A stretch of DNA of 64,000 bases, from assembly GCA_963796055.1 (NCBI GenBank), contig CAWCKH010000004.1, positions 1,504,001 to 1,568,000 on the forward strand. The letters run 5' to 3'. The notes under the pieces are model-generated. The model was not told the DNA's origin. It saw only the letters and a program-made list of their open reading frames with translations, and searched no databases. A program made the translations under genes and the position numbers. This document shows positions 28,558 through 39,168 of the stretch, in pieces (position 1 is the stretch's first letter; each line of letters starts with the position of its first letter). This stretch comes from an uncultured delta proteobacterium (GTDB lineage: Bacteria > Myxococcota > Myxococcia > Myxococcales > Myxococcaceae).

Positions 28558-28665
28558 GGCGGGCCGCTCGTAGTCCGGGGACGCCGTCCGCGACAAGCGC
28601 TCTTCCGCGGGCGGCGCCCACGCAGCGGCGGGAGCATGGCTTCTGGTAGAGGTCCGGTCAGCCCG

Positions 28666-30270
28666 ATGCACAGCCTGAGCTCCCCGCCGGCAGGCGACGA
28701 CCGACGTGCTCCCACCCGGGAGCGCTCCTGGGCTGCCGGAGACGCCGTGCCTGGAGCGGTCGCCGTGCTGGTGGTGGCGGCGGTGCTCTTCTCCGGCCTG
28801 GGAAGCCCGACCGGCGGAACCCATCCCGACGAGGGCCTGTATCTGGAGGCGGCCCGCGAGATGCACGATCGTGGGGACTGGCTCACGCCCACCGTCGACG
28901 GTCGTCCGGACTTCACCAAGCCGCCGCTGCTCTACTGGGCGATGGCGCTCAGCTTCTCGGTGTTCGGGACCACGCTCTGGGCGGCGCGTCTGCCGGTCGC
29001 GCTCGCCGCGCTGGCCCTGGCATGGGTGACGGGCCGGCTCACGCGCCGCGAGGTGGGAGAGGCCGCCGAGCCGGTGGCAATCCTCCTGGTGGGGACGTGT
29101 CTCGGCCTCCTCCGCTATGCCCGCGTCGATCTGATGGACGTACCCCTGGCCCTCGCCCTTGCCGTCGGGTCGTGGACACTCTGGCGGGTGGCGGACGGCG
29201 AATCGCCTCGGCTGCTCCTGGTCACGGGCGTGGCTGCCGCGGGGGCGGCGCTGCTGAAGGGCCCGGTGGGGCCGCTGCTGATGGTGCCCCCGGCGGCCGT
29301 GTACCTGTCCCGGCGCGGCCTGCTGAGGGCCCGCCTGGCCTGGCTGATCGGAGCGGCCCTGGTCGCGCTGGTGCTCGCGGTGCCCTGGTACGCGGCGATG
29401 GCGCACCGGCATGGCGGCGCCTTCGTCGGCCGATTCTTCGGCACCGAGAACGTGGGCAAGTTTCGCTTCCCGTGGACCGTGGAGGGCGAGCTGGGTCTCC
29501 TGCTCGCGCTCCCCGTGCTTCTCCTCCCCTGGACGCCGCTGGTCCGGGTGCGCGGCCCCGGCGCCGCCCTCGCCTGGCCCTGGGTCCTGGGCCTGCTCTT
29601 CCTCTACAGCCTGCCCGGGCTGAAGCACCCGCACTACGTGGTGCCGGCGCTCGCGCCGCTGGCGGTGCTGGCGAGCGCGGCACGACCGGGGCGGAGACGG
29701 ATCGGCAGCGCGGTGCTGCTGCTCGCTCTGGGGTTGGCCGGGTTACTGGCGCTGCGGTTCCCGCTGACCGCTCCGGTCCGCCTGGGACTGGTGTGTGCGG
29801 TGGCCCTGCTCGTGCTCTCGGCGGCGGCGGTGGGCCGCGGGGCGGTGCTGGCGGGAGCGGTGGGGTTCGCGGGCGCGGCCGCGCTTCTCTTCGGCAGTGT
29901 CCTCCCGGGAGCGGTGCCGCCTCCGGTGCCGCCCTGGGTGGGGGAGCGGGCGGGGTCGCGTCCTTTGTTCACCGCAACGCAGAACCCGGGCCTCTACTCG
30001 TTGCTGCTGGGACGGTCCGTCCACCGGGCGTCCGGAGAGGGCCCGATGCTCCGTGCGCTCGAGCAGGGGCAGGCGCTCCTGGTCACCCGGGACGAGCGGG
30101 CGCAGCTGCCTCCGGCGGTGACCGCACGCCTCATCCCCCTCGCCAGCTGGCCACGGCTCCGCGGGCGGCTTTCGGCGCAGGAGGTGGTGAGCGCCTGGCT
30201 GCGGGCCGATCCCGGGACGCTGTTCGAGCCGATGAGCCTGGAGGTCCTCGCCACCCCTCCTCCCCTTTGA
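28666..30270 (+). CDS. ArnT/PMT_2-like GT-C glycosyltransferase (start uncertain)
   Basis: [21 protein letters not shown]...[21 protein letters not shown]; many TM helices. Confidence 0.85.
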   Translation: MHSLSSPPAGDDRRAPTRERSWAAGDAVPGAVAVLVVAAVLFSGLGSPTGGTHPDEGLYLEAAREMHDRGDWLTPTVDGRPDFTKPPLLYWAMALSFSVFGTTLWAARLPVALAALALAWVTGRLTRREVGEAAEPVAILLVGTCLGLLRYARVDLMDVPLALALAVGSWTLWRVADGESPRLLLVTGVAAAGAALLKGPVGPLLMVPPAAVYLSRRGLLRARLAWLIGAALVALVLAVPWYAAMAHRHGGAFVGRFFGTENVGKFRFPWTVEGELGLLLALPVLLLPWTPLVRVRGPGAALAWPWVLGLLFLYSLPGLKHPHYVVPALAPLAVLASAARPGRRRIGSAVLLLALGLAGLLALRFPLTAPVRLGLVCAVALLVLSAAAVGRGAVLAGAVGFAGAAALLFGSVLPGAVPPPVPPWVGERAGSRPLFTATQNPGLYSLLLGRSVHRASGEGPMLRALEQGQALLVTRDERAQLPPAVTARLIPLASWPRLRGRLSAQEVVSAWLRADPGTLFEPMSLEVLATPPPL

Positions 30271-30275
30271 CCGGT

Positions 30276-30303
30276 TTGACGGGGGGAGCGACCAATCGAT
30301 AGT
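30276..30303 (+). promoter_or_regulatory. Putative sigma70 promoter of metK
   Basis: TTGACG-N16-GATAGT, 38 nt upstream of ATG 30341. Confidence 0.45.
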
Positions 30304-30340
30304 GTCCCGCGCCCTTTCGCAGCATACGGAAGACATCGCC

Positions 30341-31516
30341 ATGCCCAAGGATTTCCTGTTCACGTCCGAGTCGGTCACCGAGGGCCACCCGGACAAGGTG
30401 GCCGATCAGATCAGCGACGGCGTCCTCGACGCGATCATCGCCGGGGATCCCCGCGGCCGCGTGGCGGTGGAGACGCTGGTGAAGACCGGTCTGGCCATCG
30501 TGGCCGGCGAGGTCACCACCAGCACCTACGTCGACATCCCGAGCATCGTCCGCGGCACCATCGTCCGCATCGGCTACACGAGTAGCGAGATGGGCTACGA
30601 CGGCCACACGTGCGGGGTGATGGTGGCCATCGAGGGCCAGAGCCAGGACATCGCCCGCGGCGTGGACAACGACAAAGAGCAGGGCGCCGGCGACCAAGGG
30701 ATGATGTTCGGCTTCGCCTGTAACGAGACACCCGAGCTGATGCCGGCGCCCATCCACTACGCGCACGCGCTCACCCGGCGCCTGGCCGACGTGCGGCGCA
30801 AGTCGCTCGACTGGCTGCGCCCGGACGGAAAGAGCCAGGTGACGGTGCAGTACGAGAACGGCAAGCCGGTGCGCATCGACACCGTGGTGGTCTCGACCCA
30901 GCACGCGGACAGCGTCTCCAACAAGAAGATCCACGAGGCGGTGCGCGAGGAGGTCATCCTCAAGGCGCTGCCCAAGAAGCTGCTCGACCGGAAGACCCGC
31001 TTCTTCATCAATCCCACCGGCCGCTTCGTCATCGGCGGTCCGATGGGGGACTCGGGCCTCACCGGCCGGAAGATCATCGTCGACACCTACGGCGGCATGG
31101 GGCGGCACGGGGGCGGCGCGTTCAGCGGCAAGGACCCGAGCAAGGTGGACCGCTCGGCGGCGTACATGGGTCGCTACATCGCCAAGAACGTGGTGGCCGC
31201 CGGGCTCGCGGAGCGCTGCGAGGTCCAGGTGAGCTACGCGATCGGCGTCGCCGACCCGGTCTCGGTCATGGTGGAGACGTTCGGGACGGCGAAGGTCCCC
31301 GAGGAGCGCATCGCCGACGCGATCCGCAGGACGTTTAGCTTGAAGCCGCGGGAGATCATCGACCACCTCGACCTGCTCCGCCCCATCTACCAGAAGACCG
31401 CGAGCTACGGTCATTTCGGGCGCTCGGAGAAGGAGTTCACCTGGGAGCGCACCGACAAGAAGGACGCCCTCCGGGATGCGGTGGGCGCCCGGGCGCTCCG
31501 CGCCGTCGGGGGCTGA
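30341..31516 (+). CDS. metK: S-adenosylmethionine synthetase
   Basis: [28 protein letters not shown]. Confidence 0.98.
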   Translation: MPKDFLFTSESVTEGHPDKVADQISDGVLDAIIAGDPRGRVAVETLVKTGLAIVAGEVTTSTYVDIPSIVRGTIVRIGYTSSEMGYDGHTCGVMVAIEGQSQDIARGVDNDKEQGAGDQGMMFGFACNETPELMPAPIHYAHALTRRLADVRRKSLDWLRPDGKSQVTVQYENGKPVRIDTVVVSTQHADSVSNKKIHEAVREEVILKALPKKLLDRKTRFFINPTGRFVIGGPMGDSGLTGRKIIVDTYGGMGRHGGGAFSGKDPSKVDRSAAYMGRYIAKNVVAAGLAERCEVQVSYAIGVADPVSVMVETFGTAKVPEERIADAIRRTFSLKPREIIDHLDLLRPIYQKTASYGHFGRSEKEFTWERTDKKDALRDAVGARALRAVGG

Positions 31517-31639
31517 GCAGCCTCCGACTCGCCGGACGGGGCGCGGCAGCGCCGATTGCCTGATCCAGGGTTGCTCACCCATCTGTGACGGGGGCGGGCC
31601 ACTGGATCTGTCGGCGCCGTTCGGTCCAAGTTCCCGCGC

Positions 31640-32242
31640 GTGAGAGCCGACATCATCCCCGGAGCGTCGTTCCCCGACTACGAGCTCACCGACCACAGCG
31701 GCAAGCGGCGGAAGCTCTCCGAGCTGCAGGGGCCGGATCCGCTGGTTCTGGTCCTCAGCCGCGGCGCCTTCTGCCCGAAGGACCGCCGGCAGCACGAGGG
31801 GCTGGCGGAGCTGCACCGCGAGATGGAGGTGGGGTACTGCCGGATGGTGACCATCTCCACCGATACGCTCCTGGAGCTGAACGAGTTCCGGAAGGCGGTG
31901 GACGCCCACTGGACGTTCCTCTCCGACGCCGGACGCAAGATCCAGAAGGACCTGGACATCGCCGAGTACACCGACCCCACGCATAACCCGATGGTCCCCC
32001 ACACTCTGGTCCTCGAGCCGGAGCTCAAGATCTTCAGCGTCTACAACGGCTACTGGTTCTTCGGCCGGCCCACCGTGGAGGAGCTGCGCCGGGACCTTCG
32101 TGCCGTGCTCCGGCGCTGCCGGCCGGACTGGGACCTGTCGGACCCCGCGCTCCGGCAGGCCTGGGCCGCCGGGGACAAGGCGCGCTTCTACCCCTACGGC
32201 AAGACCCGCGCACAGATGCTGGCGGAGCAGGACGACACCTGA
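31640..32242 (+). CDS. Redoxin/AhpC-TSA-like (peroxiredoxin-fold) protein
   Basis: FPDYELTDHSG...LVLSRGAFCPKD...ISTD...FLSD. Confidence 0.82.
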   Translation: MRADIIPGASFPDYELTDHSGKRRKLSELQGPDPLVLVLSRGAFCPKDRRQHEGLAELHREMEVGYCRMVTISTDTLLELNEFRKAVDAHWTFLSDAGRKIQKDLDIAEYTDPTHNPMVPHTLVLEPELKIFSVYNGYWFFGRPTVEELRRDLRAVLRRCRPDWDLSDPALRQAWAAGDKARFYPYGKTRAQMLAEQDDT

Positions 32243-32247
32243 GCCCG

Positions 32248-33540
32248 ATGGCGGCGGAGCAGGCAGCGCGAAGTCGCACCGAGCACGACGTCGGGAGCCC
32301 CCGCTCGACGAGGCGCCGGGCCACGGAGATCGAGGCCGCCGACTCCCGCGACCTCCTCGAGCTCACCGCCGAGCAGGCCCGCCGGTTCCTCGTCCGTCGC
32401 CACTTCCTGGCGCCACCGCGAGCGCTCCCGGCGCGGGCCGAGTCGGTGCTCCGGGTGGTCCGCGAGCTCGGTTCGGTGCAGTTCGATCCACTGGAGGTCA
32501 CCGGGGCGCGGAACGACGACCTGGTCCTCGCCGCGCGGATCAAGAACTACCGCCGCGGCTGGATGGAGCGCTGGCTCTACGGAGCTCCCGCCCAGCGGCA
32601 GCTCTTCGAGGCCTACAACAAGTCGCTCAACATCCTTCCCATCGAGGAGCTCCCGGTGCACAGGGTGGACTGGGAGCAGTGGCGGCGCCGCGACGGGGCC
32701 TACCAGGGTCTCCTGCACCGGCACGCCGACGTGGCCGCGGCCATCCTCGAGCGACTCGGCCGCGAGGGTGCGCTGCCCGGAAGCGCCTTCGTGGATCGCA
32801 ACGGTCAACGCCTTCACTGGGGCTGGGGTCAGCTGAGCGTTGCCCGGGCGGTGCTCTACGCGCTCTTCCGCACCGGGCAGATCGGCATCGTCCGGCGGCT
32901 GGGGAACATCCGGGTCTACGACCGCATCGAGCGGCTCTTCCCCGCGCCGTTGCTGCAGAGGCGGCTGCCGGACGAGGAGGTGCGACGGCACCAGCTCCTC
33001 AGCCGGTTCCGCGGGGTGGGCCTGCTCGGCCTGCGGGCCGGGGCGGAGATCTGGTCGGGAACCGTCCCGGCGAAGGAACGGGTGCGGCTCACCGAGGCGA
33101 TGGTCGCGGACGGAACGCTGGTCCGGGTCCGGGTGGAGGGCGTGCGCGACGAGCGCTTCATGCTCGCCAGTGATGCGCGCTTTCTCCGCGGTGGCCCGCT
33201 GCACACCCGGGAGGTCGCGCTCCTCGCCCCGCTGGATCCGCTGGTCTGGGACCGGGAGCTGCTCCGCCAGCTGTTCGACTTCGACTACGTCTGGGAGGTG
33301 TACGTTCCGGCCAAGGCACGCAAGCACGGGTACTACGTGCTCCCGCTGCTCTGGGGCGACCGGCTGGTGGGGCGCATCGAGCCGCGCATCGATCGGAAGG
33401 CCGGCGTGCTCCGGGTCCCCGCCCCCCGGCTCGAGCACCGGATGCGTCGCTCGGAGCGGCTGGAGCTCGACGCCGCGCTCGACCGCGCGCTCGAGGCCCA
33501 CCGCCGGCTCGCGGGCGCCGAGCGCATCGAACGCGGCTGA
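32248..33540 (+). CDS. YcaQ/AlkZ-like winged-helix DNA crosslink glycosylase
   Basis: SVQFDPL (Q-x-D catalytic motif), LLAPLDPLVWDR, FDYVWEVYVP..RKHGYYVLPLL. Confidence 0.9.
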   Translation: MAAEQAARSRTEHDVGSPRSTRRRATEIEAADSRDLLELTAEQARRFLVRRHFLAPPRALPARAESVLRVVRELGSVQFDPLEVTGARNDDLVLAARIKNYRRGWMERWLYGAPAQRQLFEAYNKSLNILPIEELPVHRVDWEQWRRRDGAYQGLLHRHADVAAAILERLGREGALPGSAFVDRNGQRLHWGWGQLSVARAVLYALFRTGQIGIVRRLGNIRVYDRIERLFPAPLLQRRLPDEEVRRHQLLSRFRGVGLLGLRAGAEIWSGTVPAKERVRLTEAMVADGTLVRVRVEGVRDERFMLASDARFLRGGPLHTREVALLAPLDPLVWDRELLRQLFDFDYVWEVYVPAKARKHGYYVLPLLWGDRLVGRIEPRIDRKAGVLRVPAPRLEHRMRRSERLELDAALDRALEAHRRLAGAERIERG

Positions 33541-33704
33541 GCGCAGGACGCACGGGCCCTGCGTCTGCATCCCCGAGGTCACCACGCGCGAGCTCCAGAG
33601 CCGCATCGCCGCCATCGAGGCCGAGCTGGCCGGGGTCCGCGCCCCAGGTGGTGGTGGCCGAGCCCGACAGCAACTCGCATCCTCTCTGGCCGTGAGGTGT
33701 TGAC

Positions 33705-33733
33705 CGGTCCTGGGACGGCACATCCCAGGACCG
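33705..33733. repeat. Perfect 11-bp inverted repeat (hairpin or operator)
   Basis: CGGTCCTGGGA-cggcaca-TCCCAGGACCG; no U-tract. Confidence 0.7.
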
Positions 33734-33769
33734 ACCCGACCGGGTGACAGTGTCGGGGGGCGAGTGGCC

Positions 33770-33785
33770 TGGCACGCTTTTCGCT
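33770..33785 (+). promoter_or_regulatory. Putative sigma54 -24/-12 promoter
   Basis: TGGCACGCTTTTCGCT (GG-N10-GC), 16 nt before ATG 33802. Confidence 0.6.
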
Positions 33786-33801
33786 CACCTGACCCGGCTC
33801 G

Positions 33802-36227
33802 ATGAATGGGCTCGGTCGGGAGTTTCGCGAGGCGTTGCGGCTGTTCGTCCGCTCACCGGGTTTCGTGGCAGCGGTGGTACTGCCCATGGCGCTCGCGCTC
33901 GGGGCGAACACCGCGCTGTTCACCGTCATCCGCGGGGTGCTGCTCCGGCCTCTCCCGTACCCCCAGCCGGAGCGCCTGGTCCGTCTCCACCGGATGAGCG
34001 ATCGCAGCACCCCCCGGGGGGTCCGCTCTCGCCGCTGAACTACCTCGAGGACCTCGCGCCCGTGCGGTCCGTCGAGCGACGGGCGGCATGGGTCACCAAT
34101 GCCGGCTCTCTGTCGGGTGAGGGCGCGCCCGAGCACATCCGTCTCGGCTACGGAACGGCATCGCTCCTCGGCGTCCTCGGTCTGAACACCGGCCTGGGCC
34201 GCTGGTTCTCACCCGACGAGGAGCGGCAGGGCCAGCACCGGGTGGTCGTCCTCTCCCAGGCGCTGTGGCAGCGGCGCTTCGGCGGAGACGCGGGGGCGCT
34301 GGGCCGGACGCTCCAGCTGGAGGGGGAGCCATACGTGGTGGTGGGTGTGCTCCCTGCCGGGGTCGAGCTGCCCGAGCTGTGCGATGCCTGGGTCCCGCTG
34401 TCGTTCGAGCCGGCCATGCTGGAGCCGCGCGCACGGAACATTCACTTCCTCCGCGTCGTCGCCCGCCTCCCGCCGGCCGCGACCCTCGCTTCGGCCGGGC
34501 GCGAGCTGGCCGAGGCCGGTCGGCGGACGATCGCTGACCATCCCGAGGCGTACTCGGGTTTCAACTTCGTCTTCTCCCCGACCCCGATGCAGGAGGACAT
34601 CGTCCGGTCGGTCCGCCCCACGCTGGTCCTGCTCCTCGGTGCGGTGGGCCTGGTGCTGCTGATCGCCTGCTTCAACGTCGGAAATCTCATGCTCGTGCGA
34701 GCCACCGCGCGGCAGCGAGAGCTGGCGATCCGCGCGGCCCTCGGTGCGGGCCGCGCCGCGCTCATCCGACAGCTCCTGGTGGAGAGCCTGGTGCTCTCGT
34801 TCGCCGCCGGGGTTCTGGGCGTGCTGCTCGCCTCGATGACGACCTCCACGCTCCTGGCGCTTGCCCCGGACGTCATCCCCCGCGCGCAGACGGTTCACCT
34901 GGACCTGGCCATCCTGGGGTTTGCGCTGGCCATCTCGGTCGGCAGCGGGCTGCTGTTCGGGCTGGTGCCCGCGCTCGCTGCCTCGGACCTGGATCTCGAG
35001 GGGACCTTGCGTGGTTCGGCATCGATGCGGCCCGGAGGGCGGTGGATACGCCGGGTGCTGGTGATGGCCGACGTCGGTCTGGCCCTGATGCTCCTCTGCG
35101 CGGCGTCGTTGCTGCTGCGTAGCTTCGTGCACGCCCTCGGGGTGGATCCCGGGTTTCGGGCGGACGGAGTGGTGATGGTGCAGGCCCTGGTCCCCACGCC
35201 CGCGGGGACACCGCCGGCGCAGGCTGAAGCCCGCTTCCGAAGCTACGTCGATCGCGCCCTCGCCGCGCTCCGGACCATCCCCGGCGGCGAGTCCTCCGGA
35301 GCGATCAGCATCGTTCCTCTCGGTAGGGATAGATCCGACCGGCTCTTTTCCATCGAAGGAGAGGCCGAAGGGCCGGGAACCGAGAGACATGGCGAGGAGT
35401 TCCGGGTGGTGACGCCGGGCTTCTTCGAGACCTTGCGCATCCCGCTCCTCCAGGGTCGACGGATCGAGTCGTCCGACAGCGCGGAAGGTCCAGCGGTGGT
35501 GGTGGTCAACGAATCCTTCGCCCGCAAGATCTTCCCCCGCGGAGAGGTGCTCGGTCGGCGGATCAAGCTCACCTCGCCGCCGAGCCCCTGGGCCACGATT
35601 GTCGGCGTGGTCGGTGACGTCCGCGAATTCGGTCTCGACGAGCCGGTCGCTCCGGTCATGTACTTCCCCCACGCGCAGCAGCCCACGGAAGGCCTGAGCT
35701 ACGTGGTGCGTTCCTCGGCGCCGTACGCGCAGGTGAGCCGGACCGTCGCCGCGGCGTTCGAGGGAACCGACTCCCAGGTCCCCACCTTCGGGATGACGCC
35801 GTACGAATCGCTGCTCTCCGCCTCGGTGGCCCAGCGGCGATTCTCGCTGGTCCTGGTGGCCACCTTCGCAATGCTGGCGCTGGTGCTCGCCGCCGTCGGC
35901 CTCTATGGCGTGGTGGCCTACTCGGTGCGGCAGCGGACCAAGGAGATCGGGGTTCGGATGGCCGTCGGCGCCGACGCGGGACGGATTGCCCGCCTGGTCG
36001 CCGGCGAAAGCGCCCGGATGGTGGGCGTCGGTCTCGCGCTCGGTCTGGTGGGGGCCCTGGTCATTGCCCGGCTCCTGGCGGGATTTCTCTACGGCGTCGG
36101 CCCGGCCGATCCGGTCGCGCTCACCGGCGCGGCGCTGGTTCTGGCGTTCGCCGCGCTGCTGGCCACGGTGTTGCCCGTCCGCCGCGCCACCCGGGTGGAT
36201 CCGGTGGTGGCGCTCGCCGCGGAGTGA
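33802..36227 (+). pseudogene. Duplicated MacB/FtsX-type ABC permease (ADOP-like) with a frameshift in the C6G6 tract at 34010-34021
   Basis: N-terminus RSPGF...LALGANTALFTVIRGVLLRPLPYPQPERLV in the 33802 frame; the remainder (LLIACFNVGNL, RELAIRAALGAGR, RTKEIGVRMAVGA, RRATRVDP) in the 33744 frame. Confidence 0.88.
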
Positions 36228-36237
36228 CCTCCCCGGC

Positions 36238-37602
36238 TCAGGCCCGTGCCGGCAGACGCTCCAGCTCCTCGAACCACGAGGCGTACAGCTCCACCCCGCG
36301 CCGCGCCTGGGTCCAGTCGAAGAACTCGTTCGGCGCGTGGTAGCCGTGCTCGGGAAGGCTCAGGCCCATCAGGAGCACGGGCGCGCGGAGCACCTCGGCC
36401 ATCGTGGCCACCGCGGGGATCGAGCCGCCCCCGCGGGTCACCGCCAGGGACTTGCCGAGCACGCGCTCGGAGGCGCGGTTCATCGCAGCGCACTCCGGCG
36501 CGTCCACGGACGTGACGAAGGCCGGTGCTGACCCGAGCGGGATGACCTCCACCAGCGGGTCCAGCTCGCCGACGAAGCGCCGGATGGAGTCCACGACGTG
36601 CGCCGGCGACTGTCCGGGGACCAGGCGCAGGCTCACCTTCGCCTCGGCCCAGGCCGGGACGATGCTCTTGATGCCCGGGCCCTGGTAGCCGCCGGAGATG
36701 CCGTGGATCTCGAACGTGGGCTCGGTCCACAATCGCCGGAGGAGCGCGCGCGGCTCGGTCTCCATCAGCCGCCGGAAGCCGTAGGTGCTCCGGAACCGCT
36801 CCACGTCGAAGCCGCTCCGGACGTAGAGGTCCAGCTCCGCCTCACTGATCGGGACCACGCCGTCGCACACGCCGGGGACGAGGATGCGGCCGGTGCTGGC
36901 GTCGAAGCACGCGGCCAGCACCCGGGCCAGACCGGCGAGAGGATTCGGTGCGCCGCCTCCCACCACGCCCGAGTGCGCGTCCACCTCGGCCGTCCGCAGC
37001 TTGAGCAGCAGCCCCTGGAAGCCGCGCAGGCCCACGTCCATCGAGGGCTGCTCGGCCGAGACCCACAGGGTGTCCGACACCAGCACCGCGAGGACGTCAC
37101 CGAGGGTTTTCCGCTGCTCCCGGAGCAGCTCCGGGAAATGCGGGCTCCCCACCTCCTCCTCGAACTCCCAAAGCAGCTGGAAGCCGAGCGACGGGTCGCG
37201 GCGGGCGGTGTGGGCGATGGCCAGCAGGCAGGTGAGGGCCGGCCCCTTGTCGTCGGTGGTGCCGCGCCCGAGGTAGCGCTCACCGTCGACGCGCATGCGG
37301 AATGGCTCGCCCTTCCATTCCGGCTCCTCGGCCGGCTGGACGTCGAGGTGGTTGTAGACCAGCACCGACGCCCGGCGTGGATCACCGAAGCGCCCGTGGA
37401 CGTACGGCTTGCCACCGGCCCGGAGCAGGGACGCGGTGCCGCCGAAGTGGCGGATGAGCCCCAGCGCCACCTCGGCGCAGGCCTCCATCTCCGGGCCCCG
37501 GGAAGGGTCCATGCTGATGGTGGGCAGCTCGACCAGCGTGCGGAGCCGATCCTCGAAGAAGACCCGGTGCCCCTCGGCCCAGGCGCGTGCGTCGTGGTTC
37601 AC
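36238..37602 (-). CDS. M20/M25/M40 family metallo-dipeptidase
   Basis: YNHLDVQPA, GRGTTDDKG, EEEVGS, HSG, HAPNE. Confidence 0.93.
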   Translation of the reverse strand: MNHDARAWAEGHRVFFEDRLRTLVELPTISMDPSRGPEMEACAEVALGLIRHFGGTASLLRAGGKPYVHGRFGDPRRASVLVYNHLDVQPAEEPEWKGEPFRMRVDGERYLGRGTTDDKGPALTCLLAIAHTARRDPSLGFQLLWEFEEEVGSPHFPELLREQRKTLGDVLAVLVSDTLWVSAEQPSMDVGLRGFQGLLLKLRTAEVDAHSGVVGGGAPNPLAGLARVLAACFDASTGRILVPGVCDGVVPISEAELDLYVRSGFDVERFRSTYGFRRLMETEPRALLRRLWTEPTFEIHGISGGYQGPGIKSIVPAWAEAKVSLRLVPGQSPAHVVDSIRRFVGELDPLVEVIPLGSAPAFVTSVDAPECAAMNRASERVLGKSLAVTRGGGSIPAVATMAEVLRAPVLLMGLSLPEHGYHAPNEFFDWTQARRGVELYASWFEELERLPARA

Positions 37603-38474
37603 GGTCGAAGTGCCTCCACCAGCGCGGCGGTGAACGCCCGGCCCACGGTGCCGTCGGGGTCGCGGTCCGGGTCGTAGATGGTGAACTCCACCCCCAGCGC
37701 ATGCGGGGAGACCAGGAGTGGACGGAGCAGTCCCACCAGCATGTCGTACGACAGTCCACCGGGGGCGCGCGAGTCCACCGCGGGCATGATGTCGTCATCG
37801 AGCACGTCGGCGTCGACGTGGATCCAGAACCCGGGGTGCGGGTCCATTCGCTCGAGAACCCGGGCGGCGATGGCCCGTGGGCCGGCCCGTTCGATCTCGG
37901 TGAGGTCGAGCACCGGGATGCCCGAGGTGCGGAGCACCGGGTCCTCCTCGCGCAGTCCGAGGTGAACCACCGACCCGGCGGCCACCAGCGGTCCGTCGGA
38001 CGCGAGCGCGGAGAGGAGAGCCGGGCCCACGCCGACCGCCAGGGCCAGGTCCATGCCCGCGGCGCCGTGCGTCCCCGAGCGCTCCGGGGTGTTGAAGTCC
38101 GAGTGCCCGTCGAGGAAGACCAGGCCCAGGCTCTCCACCTTGCGGCGCGCGCCGAGCAGGTTGCCGAGGAGGATGCTGCAGTCGCCGCCCAGCACCACCG
38201 CCAGCTCGTCGCGCACGAGGATGCTCTCCACCGCGCGGGCGAGGGCGCGCGCGTACCGGGCGATCGCCTCGGCGTTCCGAATGCCGCAGGGATGGATGTC
38301 GGTGGCGTAGGGAGGCGGGTCCACCCGTCCCGCGTCGCGGGCGCCGAGCCGGGTCCGCAACCCGTTCCACCGGAGCACCTCGGGCATGCGCCGGGTGCCG
38401 GGCTCGCGCCCAGGAGCGGGAGGGGCGAGGCCCAGGTTCGACGGGGCATCGAGCACCGCGCGGGGCCTCAGCAT
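37599..38474 (-). CDS. Arginase/ureohydrolase family protein
   Basis: LGGDCS, DGHSDF, HVDADVLD, MPAVDS, TIYDPDRD; RBS GGAGG before ATG 38474. Confidence 0.92.
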   Translation of the reverse strand: MLRPRAVLDAPSNLGLAPPAPGREPGTRRMPEVLRWNGLRTRLGARDAGRVDPPPYATDIHPCGIRNAEAIARYARALARAVESILVRDELAVVLGGDCSILLGNLLGARRKVESLGLVFLDGHSDFNTPERSGTHGAAGMDLALAVGVGPALLSALASDGPLVAAGSVVHLGLREEDPVLRTSGIPVLDLTEIERAGPRAIAARVLERMDPHPGFWIHVDADVLDDDIMPAVDSRAPGGLSYDMLVGLLRPLLVSPHALGVEFTIYDPDRDPDGTVGRAFTAALVEALRP

Positions 38475-39073
38475 GGCGGTGCCTCCGCGAACAGCCGCCG
38501 TGCCATTGGACGCTCCAGAAGCCGGTCCCGGTACGCCCGGAGCCCGGGGAAGGGCGCGAGGTGGCCCTGGCGGCCGGCCCAGGAGAGCATCGCCGCGAGG
38601 ACCAGGTCGAACACCTGGGGCGCATCGAGGAGCGCGCCGCGTCCGGCGAGGGTGCGCTCGAGGAGACCGAGCGGCGGCCGCAGGCGTTCGCCCGCCCAGG
38701 GCACCACCTCGGGCATCCGCTCGGGCGGCTGCAGGTCCTCGGTGTGAAGGCAGATCAGGTCCAGCAGCGGCTCGACCTCGGTGACCGCGAGGAAGAGCCA
38801 CTGGTCATGCGTGGCCCGCTCCGGGCTCCCCGGACGAGGGATGAGCCCGCGCTCGGGACGGCGGTCCGCGAGCCAGGTGCAGAGGGCGACCGACTCGAAG
38901 CGCCGCACGCCGGCGTCGTCCTCGAGCACCGGCACGCGCCCGAGCGGATGCAGGCGGAAGCGCTCCGCCGTCCCGCTCTCCGGCGCCAGGATCCGCTCGT
39001 ACGACTCGCCGAGCTCGGCAAGGACCCACTCCACCCGCGAGGCCCGGGTCCGGGGCCGCCAGTACAGCTTCAT
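38468..39073 (-). CDS. Glutathione S-transferase family protein
   Basis: TRASRVEWVLAELG, HPLGRVPVL, FESVAL; RBS GGAGG before ATG 39073. Confidence 0.92.
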   Translation of the reverse strand: MKLYWRPRTRASRVEWVLAELGESYERILAPESGTAERFRLHPLGRVPVLEDDAGVRRFESVALCTWLADRRPERGLIPRPGSPERATHDQWLFLAVTEVEPLLDLICLHTEDLQPPERMPEVVPWAGERLRPPLGLLERTLAGRGALLDAPQVFDLVLAAMLSWAGRQGHLAPFPGLRAYRDRLLERPMARRLFAEAPPC

Positions 39074-39087
39074 CGGACCATCCTCCC

Positions 39088-39165
39088 GTAACCGACGAAC
39101 GACGTTTTGAGGGTTGCAAGATGGATCCGACGATTCTGACCTGTCAAGTGTCAGTGAGCGGTTAG
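39088..39165. promoter_or_regulatory. Two N18-spaced inverted repeats, candidate operators
   Basis: GTAACC-N18-GGTTGC (39088-39117) and CTGACC-N18-GGTTAG (39136-39165) in the 95-bp divergent intergenic region. Confidence 0.6.
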
Positions 39166-39168
39166 ACT

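Noticed and set aside
30271..30340. SAM riboswitch upstream of metK
   Set aside because: Leader is too short and lacks SAM-I/II/IV consensus; it looks like a plain sigma70 promoter
33541..33703. Possible further gene relic (TTRELQSRIAAIEAELAG coiled-coil-like peptide)
   Set aside because: No start or RBS and no family I can recognise; needs blastx
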